Source: Chromera velia (Eukaryota). Taken from it: a stretch of DNA of 49,412 bases. Made by a program: the position numbers and the translations under genes. This document shows positions 35,685 to 48,050 of this stretch, in pieces; position 1 is the first letter of the stretch; each line of letters begins with the position of its first letter. The stretch spans positions 1-49,412 of the forward strand of contig JAHBMJ010000391.1 in NCBI GenBank assembly GCA_018398765.1, given 5' to 3'. The notes under the pieces are model-generated. The model was not told the DNA's origin. It did not search any database and saw only the letters and a list, made by a program, of their open reading frames with translations.

Positions 35685-38600
35685 ACGAACGAACGAAGAA
35701 AGGAAGGAAGGAAGGAAGGAAGGAAGAAAAAAAGAAAGGAAGAAAGGAAGGAAGGAAGGAAGGAAGGAAAGAAAGAAAGAAAGAAAAGAAAGAAAGAAAG
35801 AAAGAAAGAAAGAGGGAGAAAATGAGAGATCAATGTAGACCAAGAGGCTCACTCCACCGTGGAGTGAGTTGTTTTTGCTCACGTATGGATTGTTTGACTT
35901 ACAGCCTTTGGCAGAGCAAACACGCAGTAATTGAAGCTCACCAAATAAAACTGTTTAGCGTGTTCAACTCGATTTGCCTGCATCTCTGCCTAGCTCTGAC
36001 CTGTTGAGCGATGAAGACAGGAAGCCCGATGAGGCCTGCTGGAATCATAAGCCAGTTGAAGAAGGTCACAAAAGCGAAGTAGAACGCGACTCTTTCACCG
36101 TAGTAGGCTCTGAAGGCATCCAGCGGGAGGTTCATGACGAGTGTCCTGAAGAATCCAATGAACAAATAGAAGAACCCTGCCTTCCTCTGGGCCTCCTTTT
36201 CCTCATAGAACTCCACGTTCTGCTTTGCCGTCTTTTTCTTCGGATACGCCTTCACGGCCTCACTCGTGCCCTGGCCCTTCTGTCCCTCCAGAGCGTCCTG
36301 GATCGTCTTGTCGTTCAACCACGACTTCAGACGCCTTTGATGGTCAGTCACCAGAGTCCACAGACGGGGATCAGACATACACGAGTACATCAACTTCTGC
36401 ATGCGGACGGAGTCGGACAGGGATCAGATGCAGCAGAACCAGCAATTAACAGAATGAACGAGAACGAATAAAAGGGAACAGACTCATCAGGTTGCGTTGA
36501 TGAGTTGGCATCTTGAACAGCGAGTGCCACTTCTGCATTCATTATGTTGCACTGACGGAGAGTGACCTGAATCAGTCTCTATGAATGTCTGCAAACTCGT
36601 GCGTCTCACTACCCGTTTGGCGTCCGTCTATCTGTTTGCTGAGTTGTTCTTGTCAAAAGCGCTGGCTGCATGCCTTATCAATCGACTGACCGGATCCTCA
36701 AATTTGTGGATGCGCTCCAGGGGAAAGAACGCGACGAGGAGCTTTCTGTGAATCAGGTCAGGAATGTCCATCTGACGGGCGATGATATCAGCCACAAGTC
36801 GAAGACGGATGGCTGCAGGCGGAAGGAAACGCATGCATATGCACATGCACATACACACACGCGTCAAAAGGGAGAGAAGGGAGAAAGAGACAGAGAGTCA
36901 CAGAAGAAACGCCAACATAAGTCGCACCAGGTGAACACAAGTCAGTGCCTTCTCTCTGACCAGCTTTCAAGGGAGTTTGCATGCATCCTGAAAAACGCTA
37001 CAGAAGAAGAGAAACTTCGCAGAACCCTCAAGTTGAGACGAAGCAGACTGGGCAATTTGTGAGAAAAGCAGATGAGCTCTCTAGAGTCATGCGAATCTAT
37101 CCGCAATGTTTCTTGTCTACCCGAACACCCACCCACCGACCGGGAGTAAAGAGAGTGTCGAATTCGTCCGTCTCCGTCTCCACCTTTGTCCTCAGATAGT
37201 GGGGTTCCAGTGCGGAGTGCCTCTCGTAGGAAGCGTACACGCGGGGCGGGACCTGAGAAATAATATTTAATTTGTTGGGGTGCAAGCAGCCAACAGAAAG
37301 AACAGAAAGAAGAACACAGGGCGAGTGAAAGAGCTGCATTTGAAGATGAATGAGACTCTGAAAGCAGTCTGATTAGACGTTTTTGATTTTTGTTTTTCTA
37401 TAAATTTTCTCCCATTCTCTTGTTTTGGAGTCTTTCTCCACAGACACCAACACAATCACGCACACATAATTTCCAGAGGCTGCAAATTTGCCACCAGCGA
37501 TTTTTTTTCAGTTGTGTAGCACTACTTCCCCGCACGGGGGGGGGCAGGGTGGAGGGAAGAGTAAGCGGGCGTGAATTAACTTTGTTTTGGGTGTCGACGG
37601 GAAGGTTATTCTGTCAACTGTTCTGCAGCCCAACCCCACTATTCCGCTTAGGGACTCACATCGAATCCCAAGTGGTTCCAAAGAGTCTTCAGACGCTCGG
37701 ATCTCTTCTTTGCCAGCATGTTCGTCTGCAGAGAGAGGAGGCAGGACAGAAATTCGAGTTCAAAGAACAGACGGGGAGGCCGGCGACGGAAGCCACACCT
37801 GCATGAGTGGTGTCGCCGGCCTCCATCTGCCCTCAGGTGTCTGTGGGAGCCTTTTAAGGCAACCACAGTTTTGGAAAAAAAAAAAACAGACAAATGCCAG
37901 ACAGACAACAGACCGGAGAAGAAACCAGAGGGCCCAGACGGAGGTATGCACGAAGATGAAGGAGCAGATAGAGGAAGGCAGAGAGAGCCAGGAAGGCAAA
38001 AAAAAAGACTCACTACATCAGAAGCCTCGTCGAGTTTCATCGTGGGCAGGAGGACACGCAGACGAAGGTATCTGCACGTTCACAAATGCGTGGACGACTC
38101 TCTACACAGACTCCACCCAAACCCCTTCGCCCACACCCACACACACATACATGCCGCACAATCACGTGAGCGAAAAGAGAAAGGATGGAGAGACGCCTAC
38201 TGATTCCAGAGCGGGATTGGCATATCGAGAGAGGGGAAGGGGTCATGAAGGCAGGCCCTCTTTTGTTCCTTTGTTGAATGGAAGTTTCGACCTCTCTTCC
38301 AATCGGTATGTGCCGTGCTTTTCAGACTTTGAATATCTTTCCTTTGCGACATTACTTCCAGGCAGCAGCCATGAAGTTCATCTGATTGCCTCTGATGAAA
38401 CGTCTTTCTGCACGGCGAATGCGGTCAAGCTGTCAATAAGGCTTTCTGACCGAGCTAGGGATCGACTAACTTGATGAAGGGCTGCACCAGAGAGACGGTG
38501 TCAGCATCGATCATGTCCTGCTCTTTGTCCGTCGAGGGCTTGCCTTTCTTGCCTGCATGCAGACAACAAGACACACACACACGCAGAGATGAAAGGGGCG

Positions 38601-41393
38601 TTTGGGGGCCGTAGCACCAACAACTCATGCCCATCCCCATCTAGCTCTGATTTGAAGCTCTCTGAGGGCTGGAATGTCCGGTCTTCTCTCAGGTTGGTTG
38701 CGTGATTTGCCTTTTACCTCTCTCCTCTCTCTCTTCGTCTTTACCTTTCTTTGTTCGTTTTACCAGATAGCCCTCCTAGTTGGTAGCTACTTTCTTTCTT
38801 TCTTTACCGACTGGCAGACTGACTTTTCTTCCTCTTCTCCTCTTGTTCCCTCTTGAAGTCCTCCAGCCACTCGTGTGCCGGTTCCCCTCTCTGGAGGGTG
38901 GAGTCAATCAGGGCCTTCACCTGAGTCGATTTGCATGGAGGGGGGGAGTGAGTGAGAAGAGAGTAATAAACAGGATACAACACGAATCAAACTAGTTTTT
39001 ATTATTTGTTCTTCCACGCTGTCTATGTTGATTTCCATTTCTGTATCAGACGGTTCACGCACATTAAACATGTCACAATTATGGGGGATCCTTGGAAAGA
39101 GACCAGTCTGTTCTCCTGTCGAGACCGTCTGGGTCCAATTCCACATGGATTGCTCTAACTGGTCGACTGGCTGACCTCTCCCCTGAGGGCGTCTCCCTCG
39201 GGTCCCGTCGCCTTGTCGTCCTGCTTCAGTTGCTCTGCCCTGTCATCCAGTTCCCCCATTGCCTTCAGGAACTTCCTGTAAGCCTCGCGCTTCTGCCGTT
39301 TGTTCACCTCGTCCACCATGTAGCTGCCCTGAGACTTCCACCAGTCGAGGAACGAACTGCATGCATGCACAAAAGCGAAGGGAGGGTGTTGAGAGAAAAG
39401 GGAAAGTGCATAGAGGAGAGGGTCCATACCTAGGAGCTTGAGTATCAAGAGCCGCCACATGAATGAATAAATGAATGAATAAATGAATGAATGACATGAC
39501 ATGACATGGGATAAGTAGATGTGTTGAAGGACAGTTGAAGAGTCGGGTGGCAATCAAGCACCAAAGCATCAATAAGCACTGCGAATGCAAATCAGGACGC
39601 CTGGCGGATGCAAAGGCCGACAGATTGGAAAGTCAGAGACAGACAGAGGCAGAAGACACCAATTGCAAGACAGAGGAACAGGCAGCTAGGGAGCCAACGT
39701 GTTTTTTATTGTAAAAACACATGTATGCACCGATCGACTCACTCGACAGATGCGAGTTGCTTCTCCTCCTTCGAGAGGGCGCTGTAGTCCTTTGCTGTCT
39801 GTTCGATCAGATCGATGGCAGGCTTCACCTCCTTGTAGTAAGCCTGTGAGAGGAAAATGAAAAAAGAAAGAAAGATGTAGTGTGAAAAGATGTGAAAAGA
39901 AGTCGAATTGAATTCAAGGAATCAGACCGGCAAGAACGAGGGCGAGTGATGCAAAATACGCCAACTAACTTCCTTCTTTGAGGCATCCGTCCTCCTCATG
40001 TCAATGCAGGACACGGTCTCAACACATCGGAAGACAGTCTGATTAGTTCATTGACTGACCGCCGATACTCCGACTGTCTCACTGATTTTCTGACCTGGTG
40101 AGTTTGTCCGTCACCGACTCTGCCACTCAATTTTCTCATTGGCGTTCCCTCCCTTTTCATTCCCACCGTTCTCAAAGCCTTGCGCGGCAATCTCCCAAAC
40201 ACCCCGCCAACTTTCAAACAATCTGGCGGATTGAGTGAGTGACTGACTCACTGCCTAACTGCCGGCTTGCCTGTCTGGCTGACTGACTGACAGGTTTTCT
40301 GAGAACGAGATCGAGGAAGGCGTCCCTGAGGGGCATGTAGTCCTGGTTCGTGGGTTGGAGTCCCACCCGGTCGAATGAGTTGGCCTCCAGCTGCAGGCAG
40401 AGCTCGATCGATCATGCACCCGATGGAGGGGAGGTTGTGTGCTGGCAGGTAGGTTTCTCTCCTTCTCCTTTGGGAGAGTAAAACGAGAAGCTTCTTTGGG
40501 AGAGTAATTCGAGAAGACAAAACAAGAGGACAAGAAAGTCTTGAAGAAAATGTAACGACCTAGTTTACGCTTCAAAAAGGCGCACTCATACCTGAGAGAG
40601 GGGCGTTTAGACACTGGTAGAATCAGTGTGCGGGTAGAACAATGAGGGAACATGTATGCGAAAATCGGAGTCCTTCGAGGAGATGCTTATGCGCACTCCT
40701 GTGCTCAGGTAAAGACAGAAGGCCATGCAAGCAAGATCAACGCACCTCCGTCTGCCAGTTCACTCGTGCAGCCTCTCTGATCACGTCCTCCGTGTCTGCC
40801 TTGATGAACAAGAAGATGTACCTGCACTCCGAGGCAAACACACACACACACACACGCACATAGACAGAAAAAAGTTCCTTCATTCTGCTCATTGGTGTCT
40901 GTTTTCTTTCAGCCCTGACTCATTAACTGACTCATCAAGAGGCAGCTCCCTGTCATGATTACTTTCTTTCTGTCTCTGTGAGTACTCTTTCCTCGCCCGA
41001 TCTCTGTCTGTACGACAGTCTAAGTGGCTGACGTGGTCCCTCATTCACTCGCTGACTCGCTAAGTCACTCCTCCAATCACTGACTAATTCACTGGCTCGC
41101 GAACTCTCTAGCTGACTCACTCGCCGTCATCCGATGGGATTGCGGTGACGTCCAGCTGGCAGTGGAACATGAGCTTGGTCATGATCACTCTGAGCATCAG
41201 CTCGTTGAAATTTCTGTTCGCATTCGGGTTGTTCTTCATCTCTGCAGTCATCTGGTTGTCGTAAGGGAATCCTGCAGACAGACAGAAACGAAAGGGAAGA
41301 GTCCCCAATCTCTTTCCTGTTGGGCTTTCTTGCTTCCCTGTTTGTCCACTTTTCTTGATGTCAGAACAATAGATGGACACACAAACACACACA

Positions 41394-41451
<58 letters not shown>

Positions 41452-43324
41452 GAGAGAATCCACTGTCCCACACAGATCAAGTCGAACCCTCCAACCCTAC
41501 CTGAAAGGAGTTTCGGCTTCGTGTCGCTGCCTGGAGGCAAGACGAGGTCCAGAGCTTCAGAGATGCAGTCCTTCTTCATATCCCGGGGGGTGCGTGGGGT
41601 GACAGGGCGAGAGGGGGGTTTGCTCTCGTCCTGCACTGTCAGGCCTTGACCTGCAGGGGGGGACTGCACGACTGCCGCCTCTGTGACCACTCTCTGTGCC
41701 GTCTCCATGACCTCATCTTCGTTTCCGTTTGGTTGGAACTCTTCGTCCCCCATGAGGCTCTCTGCCACTTTGAGGACGGCAGCTCTACTTGAGGGAGAGG
41801 GAGAGGGGGAGGCTGCCTGCTTGTCTTTTGTGGCATCATCTGCACAGAGAGGGTTGTACATTTTTGGAAAGTGTGAGGAGTCGAACAGACAGAATGTATG
41901 AGAAAGTGAGTGGGAATAGAAAAAAAAAAAAAAAAGAGCGGGAGTAGGGAAGAGAGGAACAGGGCGACACACTGAATGGAGGGGGTCAGCGAAAGCAACG
42001 CGAAGAATAATCAGTCAAGCGACCGGATCAACTGACTACTGCAGACAGCAAGAGACAACGCTATTCATCAGAAGGGAAAGATCCTGTTTTAGAATCATAA
42101 ATTCAGCAACGCGAGGGAAACTCAACCGTAAAAAAGTCCATTCCCCCAGCCATGTGGATATGGTGGAACCTCCCCTTCCACTACCTGACCATCAGGTTTG
42201 GGTGCAGCGTGTGCCCCGACAGGCTGAGCCAGCTGGGGTGGTTGTGCTTTCTCGACTGTGTCCTTTCCCACAGAGGGACTGGTGACCTTGGCCACAGACG
42301 CTCCTCTGGCCTCACTCTTCTTGTAGGCAGAAGGGAGGGCCTTGAAGGCTTGGAGGAACGTTTCGAGTTCGAGGGTTGCCCTCTCCTCCTGTTTGGAGAG
42401 TCCCTTCTCAACCACCTCCTCTCCCTGTGCATGTACACGCAGAATGCATGTCAACAAAAAGTCATAGACAGAGGAAAATCATGTATTTTGCGTCTAATGA
42501 GACCCCTCCAAAAGCCGTCCTCTCTGGTAAATACAGAAGATGCTTCTTTCATCCCACTTCTTACATCTTTTATTCAGCCCTTTTTTGTTTCTACCTCTCG
42601 AATCCACCCAACCCGAAACAAACCGATGCACAAGCACAGAAACGCGCGCAAGTGTGCAAATCCCCTCTTTTTGCTCTCAAGATACGTACTTCTCATCGAT
42701 AAGTAGAACTGACTCTGAAGCTCTCCTCAAAGATGGCCCTCGCCTTCGCCAGGGTGATCTGCGGCTGCTTCTCAACCGGCTGCACAGAACGGAGGGGGGG
42801 GCGGAGAGAGAAAAAACGTGGAACTGGGGCTGAGGGAGAGCAGTCACGAGGCATGTGCAGCATCTGAAGGTCTTGTAGCCTGCGAAGCGTGTGAAGGCAA
42901 GAGAAAAGTGGAAGTGCCGAGTGTGCTCGGTTTTGTGCATGAATCTGAATAATTTTTGACTGACCTTCCCATCCTCTGGAATGCTGTTGGAAAGCACCAT
43001 CACATACTGCCAGTCGTAAGTCTTCGGCTTGGACTCTTCCTCCTTTGCCTTCTCTTCCGGAGTCTTCCCTCCGTCCATTTCCTGCAAAAGCGAAAGGATA
43101 AACGTCATAGAAGGCGTCTCGTTCGGTACTGCAACAATGGGCGCTGGTTTTGACTGACCTACCTGTTGCACTGCATGGGCATCAAAAACTCCTTTGAAGC
43201 ACTGCAGCAGATGATACTTGTCAAGAGCGGGTTTGACGTCTGGTTCCACTGGTTCCTCTTCGGAGGAATGGGGGAGAAGTTTTTGTGTGGGAGGAGCCTC
43301 GGGCTCCTTCTCTGGAGTCAACAT
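29779..43324 (-). CDS. Anoctamin / TMEM16 family Ca2+-activated scramblase or channel, 31 exons, ~1389 aa
   Basis: Exons 43163-43324, 42965-43081, 42714-42779, 42190-42424, 41501-41839, 41121-41271, 40746-40821, 40292-40390, 39743-39843, 39176-39356, 38824-38920, 38471-38552, 38014-38071, 37660-37725, 37141-37252, 36691-36812, 36001-36396, 35299-35389, 34880-35039, 34538-34624, 34155-34331, 33598-33718, 33169-33297, 32693-32857, 32280-32462, 32018-32104, 31589-31644, 30973-31126, 30513-30609, 30089-30167, 29779-29902; total 4170 nt, in frame. Family motifs: [70 protein letters not shown]. The start codon is tentative. Confidence 0.92.
33825..33893. repeat. Intronic minisatellite, 3 x 22 bp
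   Basis: cgactgtacctggacacacaaa repeated three times with one mismatch. Confidence 0.95.
35413..35815. repeat. Intronic compound microsatellite (CA)n-(CG)n-(GA)n-(GAAA/GGAA)n
   Basis: Directly visible; lies in the anoctamin intron 35390-36000. Confidence 0.95.
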
Positions 43325-44093
43325 GTTTTCTCTTCCTGTGAGAAAGCAGATTCCTCGTTTTGCAGGTAACGGACAGAAGAACTTCAGGTATCCACTTCGC
43401 ACGATTTGGACAAACAGGTTACTGCTCGCTTTGATGTTTATGTACCTGTGTGCACACGCGTAACTTTCTTCGTACTTCAAGTACTAAGGCAGGAAAGTTG
43501 AAGAAACAACCGGGTTGGAACAGAGGTCTTTCGATAAGGTTCTGGGCAACACCACAGTGTGCATGCATGTTCAGTTGCAACATGTTGCAGCAGTCACTCT
43601 CACACACGTACGCGCGCCCGTGACACACCGGATTTTTGGTGAGTGCCTTATTTGGCTCTTTTATACCTCTACACGTCAGCACGCGCGGCCGGGCCCACAC
43701 GCGCAAGTTTCGTTATGCGATTTTTCGCAAGAAATGCATGGGGCCCACGTCACTGCATGGATTGCCCTCTGCGAGCGCATATATATCAGACCGAACGAAA
43801 AACGCCTGACCTGCATGATAGAAAGCTTTCATGATGATCGATGCATGCGGTCAACCGTCAACGTTTGGGAAACGCCACTGAGATTGAAATCCAGCAAGAT
43901 AGCACATTGGCAACTGTCATGAACTTGGTGGGATGCATACACACTGATCAAGACCTGTCGCGCACCTAGTCTTGACTTTGTTTTCGTGCACGAGCAGTTC
44001 GACTTCCTCGACTTCTGATTCAAGTTCCGAAGAATACCCAAACTGAGTCCCTTTGACATTTCATTTCCTGTTGGAATTCACGGGCATAAAAAA

Positions 44094-45659
44094 ATGTGGG
44101 CCGCCATTTCAAGGTGCATGCTTCTGATGGCTGCCTTTTGTTTTCTCACTCAGCATTCAGATGGGCGACGCGCAACTGCAGAAACCGACTGTGACGAAAT
44201 TTCATCGTCTTCTGTCGATAATCCTTCCGCCCTCCCCCTCCTCCCTCTCTCCCTCGTGTCCGCTCCCCTCGAAACAAAGGCCCCGAAAGCATTCCTCGGA
44301 GGTGTGTGCTGCAAACACTCCAACGAGGCCACTCTGGTCAAGGACGGCCTCTTTGGTCCGCCCTCTGTGCCCATTAGTGCCGTGAGATTCCCAAAGACTC
44401 TCCACCATGAGTTCGACGTCAACGCCTGGTGCTATTTCGGTCAGCTGAAGGGCCAGAAGGGGATCTACTCGCTCGTCTGGATTATCCAAAAGTCAGATCC
44501 GACCGCTTGGGTGTTCAATACCTTCCAGGTCGGGGGAGGGGTGGGATTTCGAGAGGCTGACGGTTCGGCCACTTTCGATCTCCACGGCTGTCTTGATATC
44601 GGCCTCGGTGTTTCGACAACAGAGGGCCCGTGGGCAGTCAAAGGTAAGTGCCTTGACGGCTCTGTCCTCTCCGCTCAGCTGACAGGGGGGGAGTACGGCC
44701 TCCCAGGGTCAAACTACACGATCGGACTGAGCACGACAAAGAACAAGATCGACCTGCAAATAGAAGTCACGGATGTGAGTGGAATGGTCTCACAGGGAAA
44801 CGGTCCCAATTCCTTCCTACTCAACTGGGTCACTGCAGACCAACGCAAAGCCATCGAAACAGAATACGAAGGATCCGCCGAAGACTACCAAAAGAACAGC
44901 GGGGACGCAATGGAGTGCCAAGGCTCTTATTATTTTTCGAAGCCCAACTTGAAGGTCAACCGCTTCACCCTCAAAAAGAATGGAAACATCGTTGACCAAT
45001 CAGAGCCAACGGAAGGGACTAGGGCTGGAGGAGAGAGTCAGCCACAGAGGGACAACCGTTACGGTGTCTTGTGGTTCGACTATGTTGCACAGACGTACAA
45101 CAAGAACGGAAGAGAACTTCTGAAGAAGGTGGGATGGCAGTTTTTTGCCTTGTCCTTCCCTCAACTCGACAGTGCCATCTTTGTGACGACTGTTGAGACT
45201 GAGCTTGGTCCGATGCCGAGTGCCAATTTGTTTTCGGGTCCCAAGAAGCTGTTTACCTGGGCCCTTGACCGTGTGTTGATTCAGCCTGTGAGGGAATCTC
45301 TGTGGACGAGTCCCAAGTCAGGAAAGCAGTACTTCCTCAAGTACGAGATTCATCTGAAGAATCCCGATCTGAAGATTCAGATAGAGACGCTGTGGAAGGA
45401 CCAGGAGATAGGACCGATTTTTGAACAGTGGAAGTACGAGGGATTGGGGAAGTCAGTGGTGTCTGGAGGGAAGGAAACGAATCCGTTCGACTCAGAGGGG
45501 GTTGAGTGGGAGATTCGAGAGGGCGACGTTTTTTTGGAACTGCAAGCAGAGGGGGCGGTGAAGAGCTCAGAAGCAGAAAATGCAGTATTCAATGTACGAG
45601 AGGCTAGACGAGAGGTCCAAAAAGATGTGTCGCCTAATGAAAAAGTGTTTGTGCAATAA
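44094..45659 (+). CDS. Intronless secreted AttH/CrtC-like (double lipocalin beta-barrel) protein, 521 aa
   Basis: Signal peptide MWAAISRCMLLMAAFCFLTQHSDG. Motifs in AttH/CrtC-family order: HHEFDVNAWCYFGQL (cf. H...EWWY), SYYFSKPNL, GVLWFDY, GWQFFALSF, WTSPKSGKQY, DQEI, YEG. Confidence 0.78.
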   Translation: MWAAISRCMLLMAAFCFLTQHSDGRRATAETDCDEISSSSVDNPSALPLLPLSLVSAPLETKAPKAFLGGVCCKHSNEATLVKDGLFGPPSVPISAVRFPKTLHHEFDVNAWCYFGQLKGQKGIYSLVWIIQKSDPTAWVFNTFQVGGGVGFREADGSATFDLHGCLDIGLGVSTTEGPWAVKGKCLDGSVLSAQLTGGEYGLPGSNYTIGLSTTKNKIDLQIEVTDVSGMVSQGNGPNSFLLNWVTADQRKAIETEYEGSAEDYQKNSGDAMECQGSYYFSKPNLKVNRFTLKKNGNIVDQSEPTEGTRAGGESQPQRDNRYGVLWFDYVAQTYNKNGRELLKKVGWQFFALSFPQLDSAIFVTTVETELGPMPSANLFSGPKKLFTWALDRVLIQPVRESLWTSPKSGKQYFLKYEIHLKNPDLKIQIETLWKDQEIGPIFEQWKYEGLGKSVVSGGKETNPFDSEGVEWEIREGDVFLELQAEGAVKSSEAENAVFNVREARREVQKDVSPNEKVFVQ

Positions 45660-47128
45660 TTAATTGATTGCATGCACCCTTGCTTTTGACCAGAAATTTT
45701 GCTTCGCAAACATTTCAAGTTATTCTTTCAGACTGTTTTCACTAAAGGAAAAACTTCAATATTGATTCTATTATATTGAAGTTAATGTTGAAGGTTTGCA
45801 GGATACAAATGTGTTAGCATAAATGCTGATTTATGTTGATTACTTAGATATAACTAGAAGTTTTTTCAATTCACTATTTAATAATTTTAATACAAAATTT
45901 TTATAACATCCTCTTCAATTGGGATAGTATGTAATAGGTCACCCAGAGGCAATAAGTACTTTCCTATTTGAAAAAAATCTTTTAATTAACGAGAAGCATG
46001 CGGACAATGTTAATTATCATATTTTATATTTATCATAGAATCTGTTTGTCTAGCTCTTTGTAGTTGTGAGCTGAGTATAGCCAGATACTTAATTGACTCA
46101 CGTATTGACATATAATGCCGAGATAGAAGTAGACAGAAACACACCAGGGCATACAAATTAACACAAATATACAAAAAAAATCTAAAAGGGCTAACTTTTA
46201 CTTTAAACTCTTTTCACATGCTTTTGTCCTCTTTGGCTTTCTTTCTACTTCTTTCCCCTTAGTACTTCTTTCGTTCTTTATTTAGCTGTGTGCATTTTTC
46301 CCCACCGGCCCCTCAAAAACAAAAAAACAACTTGCTACATGCAGGTGCCGGCGGGCGCGGCAGCTCAAGTGTTTTGAGACGCCGCCGCCGTCGGAGTCTG
46401 TACGCATACCCTGGACATTAATTTGTGGCCATTCTATGCGTGCCTAGGCGTGGAAGACCAATCTAAAACCATCTCCCCCTTTCACTGACCATCCCGTCTG
46501 AGCATGAGGTGGGGGCGTCTCCCTAGCCAAGCAAGAGCAAACAACACATGCTGTTGCTACCTATCCGTTTACTTGTTGCTTTGTTTTCTAACAGCTTTTC
46601 TACTTATCTCCCACGCACACTTTCTCACTACCAGAGTGTTGCATCGATTGACAGAAGTCCAGGTACCGTAGTTAGACACAGTCAGTCAGTCAGTCCATAT
46701 GGAGCGTGAAAGAAAACGAACATGCAGATGAACAATGCATGAATGAGTGCATGCGTACAATCTCTGCATCTACGTACGCAGAGGGCGCTGAACTGCGCTA
46801 GTCGGACTTCGTGTTTGAGCCAGGCAGCCAGGTAAAGCTAGAAGAGAACGGGGCGCCAAAGAGCCTAGAATGGACACTCACAGAGAACCAATTTTGAAGT
46901 TGTTTGTGTAAGAAGGTTCAAGACTGAGTTCGATTTTAGACCGGGTTCAGATTCTTCCAAGTCAGAAGTTCAGTTTAGAGTGAGAATCGAATCTAAAGTT
47001 CAGAGAGAATCCTTTGAAGTTCAGAGCCGCCTCCTTCGACGAGCTTGAAATCTCTATTTCCAAATCGCACTTCAATTTTGTTTTTTTCGTTTCAATCTGA
47101 TTTTTCGGATTTTTCTGTTAAATATGTC

Positions 47129-47236
47129 TGTCCAATTTTCTGGACCCGTCTGATTTTCCGGACGCGTCCGATTTTCCGGATACGTCCGATTTTCCAGATG
47201 CGTCCGATTTTCCAGACGCGTCCAATTTTCCGGATA
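47129..47236. repeat. Tandem array of six 18-bp dyad units (consensus CGTCCGATTTTCCGGACG)
   Basis: Units start at 47129, 47147, 47165, 47183, 47201 and 47219. Each is CGTCCG-N6-CGGACG, with no spacers. Confidence 0.92.
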
Positions 47237-47670
47237 TGTCTAACGCCTGATCCAGCGGCCTTGATCATCTTTCCAAGTGGTCTCAAGTTGTGATTTTGCC
47301 TGCAACACTTACTGTATCTAGCATTTTCCTAGGTGTGCTCCAATTGAGCTTGAACTCGTTTGGATCCCGTTCCTGCAATTCTATATTTATTTATTTCTTT
47401 ATGATTATAATCAATGTATTTAATTCATTTCTTTTTCTTATCTCACTTCTTCTTTATTTCCAAAAACAATTATTCACTAAATCTTTCTAAATAAATCTAT
47501 TTTTTTTATTATTATTTTTTTATCTTTCTTTTACACTAAGTACTGTCTTTATTTTTACTAGCTGATCAATAATTTAATTCATCTATATTTACTAAACTAA
47601 TTTAATAATTTCTTTACTTTTAAACTAAGACCATTAGCGATTTCCTCTATATATTTCTAAGAGTCTAAAG

Positions 47671-48050
47671 TGCAACGGAACACGTCCCCCTTTCTTAAGA
47701 CCGCAGTCCCTGGCGGTTTAAAATAAAAGCACAATCAATGACCGGTCTGGTGATTCAAGAAACTTGACTAGGAAACTTGAACAACCCACTGGAATAAAGC
47801 ACTTCATAATGATGAGAACATTGATCAACGCCAGCTGCATGCCAATCCATAGAGCAAAGCACTGTGACCATAAGGTGGGACAAGATTCATGCATGCAACC
47901 AAACTACCAGGGCAAAATTGTGAAGCTGCAGCACAATCCGAACATAACAAAGATGTACACCACTGAGCAGCCGCACCCAACAAGAGACCGGCACTGCAAT
48001 GGAACACGACGCTTCTTGAAACAACGGAACACACATCCCCCTTTCTTAAG
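47671..48050 (-). mobile_element. Two polypurine-tract/LTR-start junctions of a probable Ty3/gypsy-like retroelement
   Basis: - strand reads cttaagaaagggggacg-TGTTCCGTTGCA (47699->47671) and cttaagaaagggggatgtg-TGTTCCGTTG (48050->48022). A third TGTTCCATTGCA lies at 48006->47995. Confidence 0.5.

Noticed and set aside
35168..35882. ORFs of 156-221 aa over the intronic GAAA array, and similar HT/CV-repeat ORFs elsewhere
   Set aside because: Microsatellite translations; only the embedded short exons are coding.
47129..47236. CRISPR-like array
   Set aside because: The units are contiguous with no unique spacers, there are no cas genes, and the context is eukaryotic.
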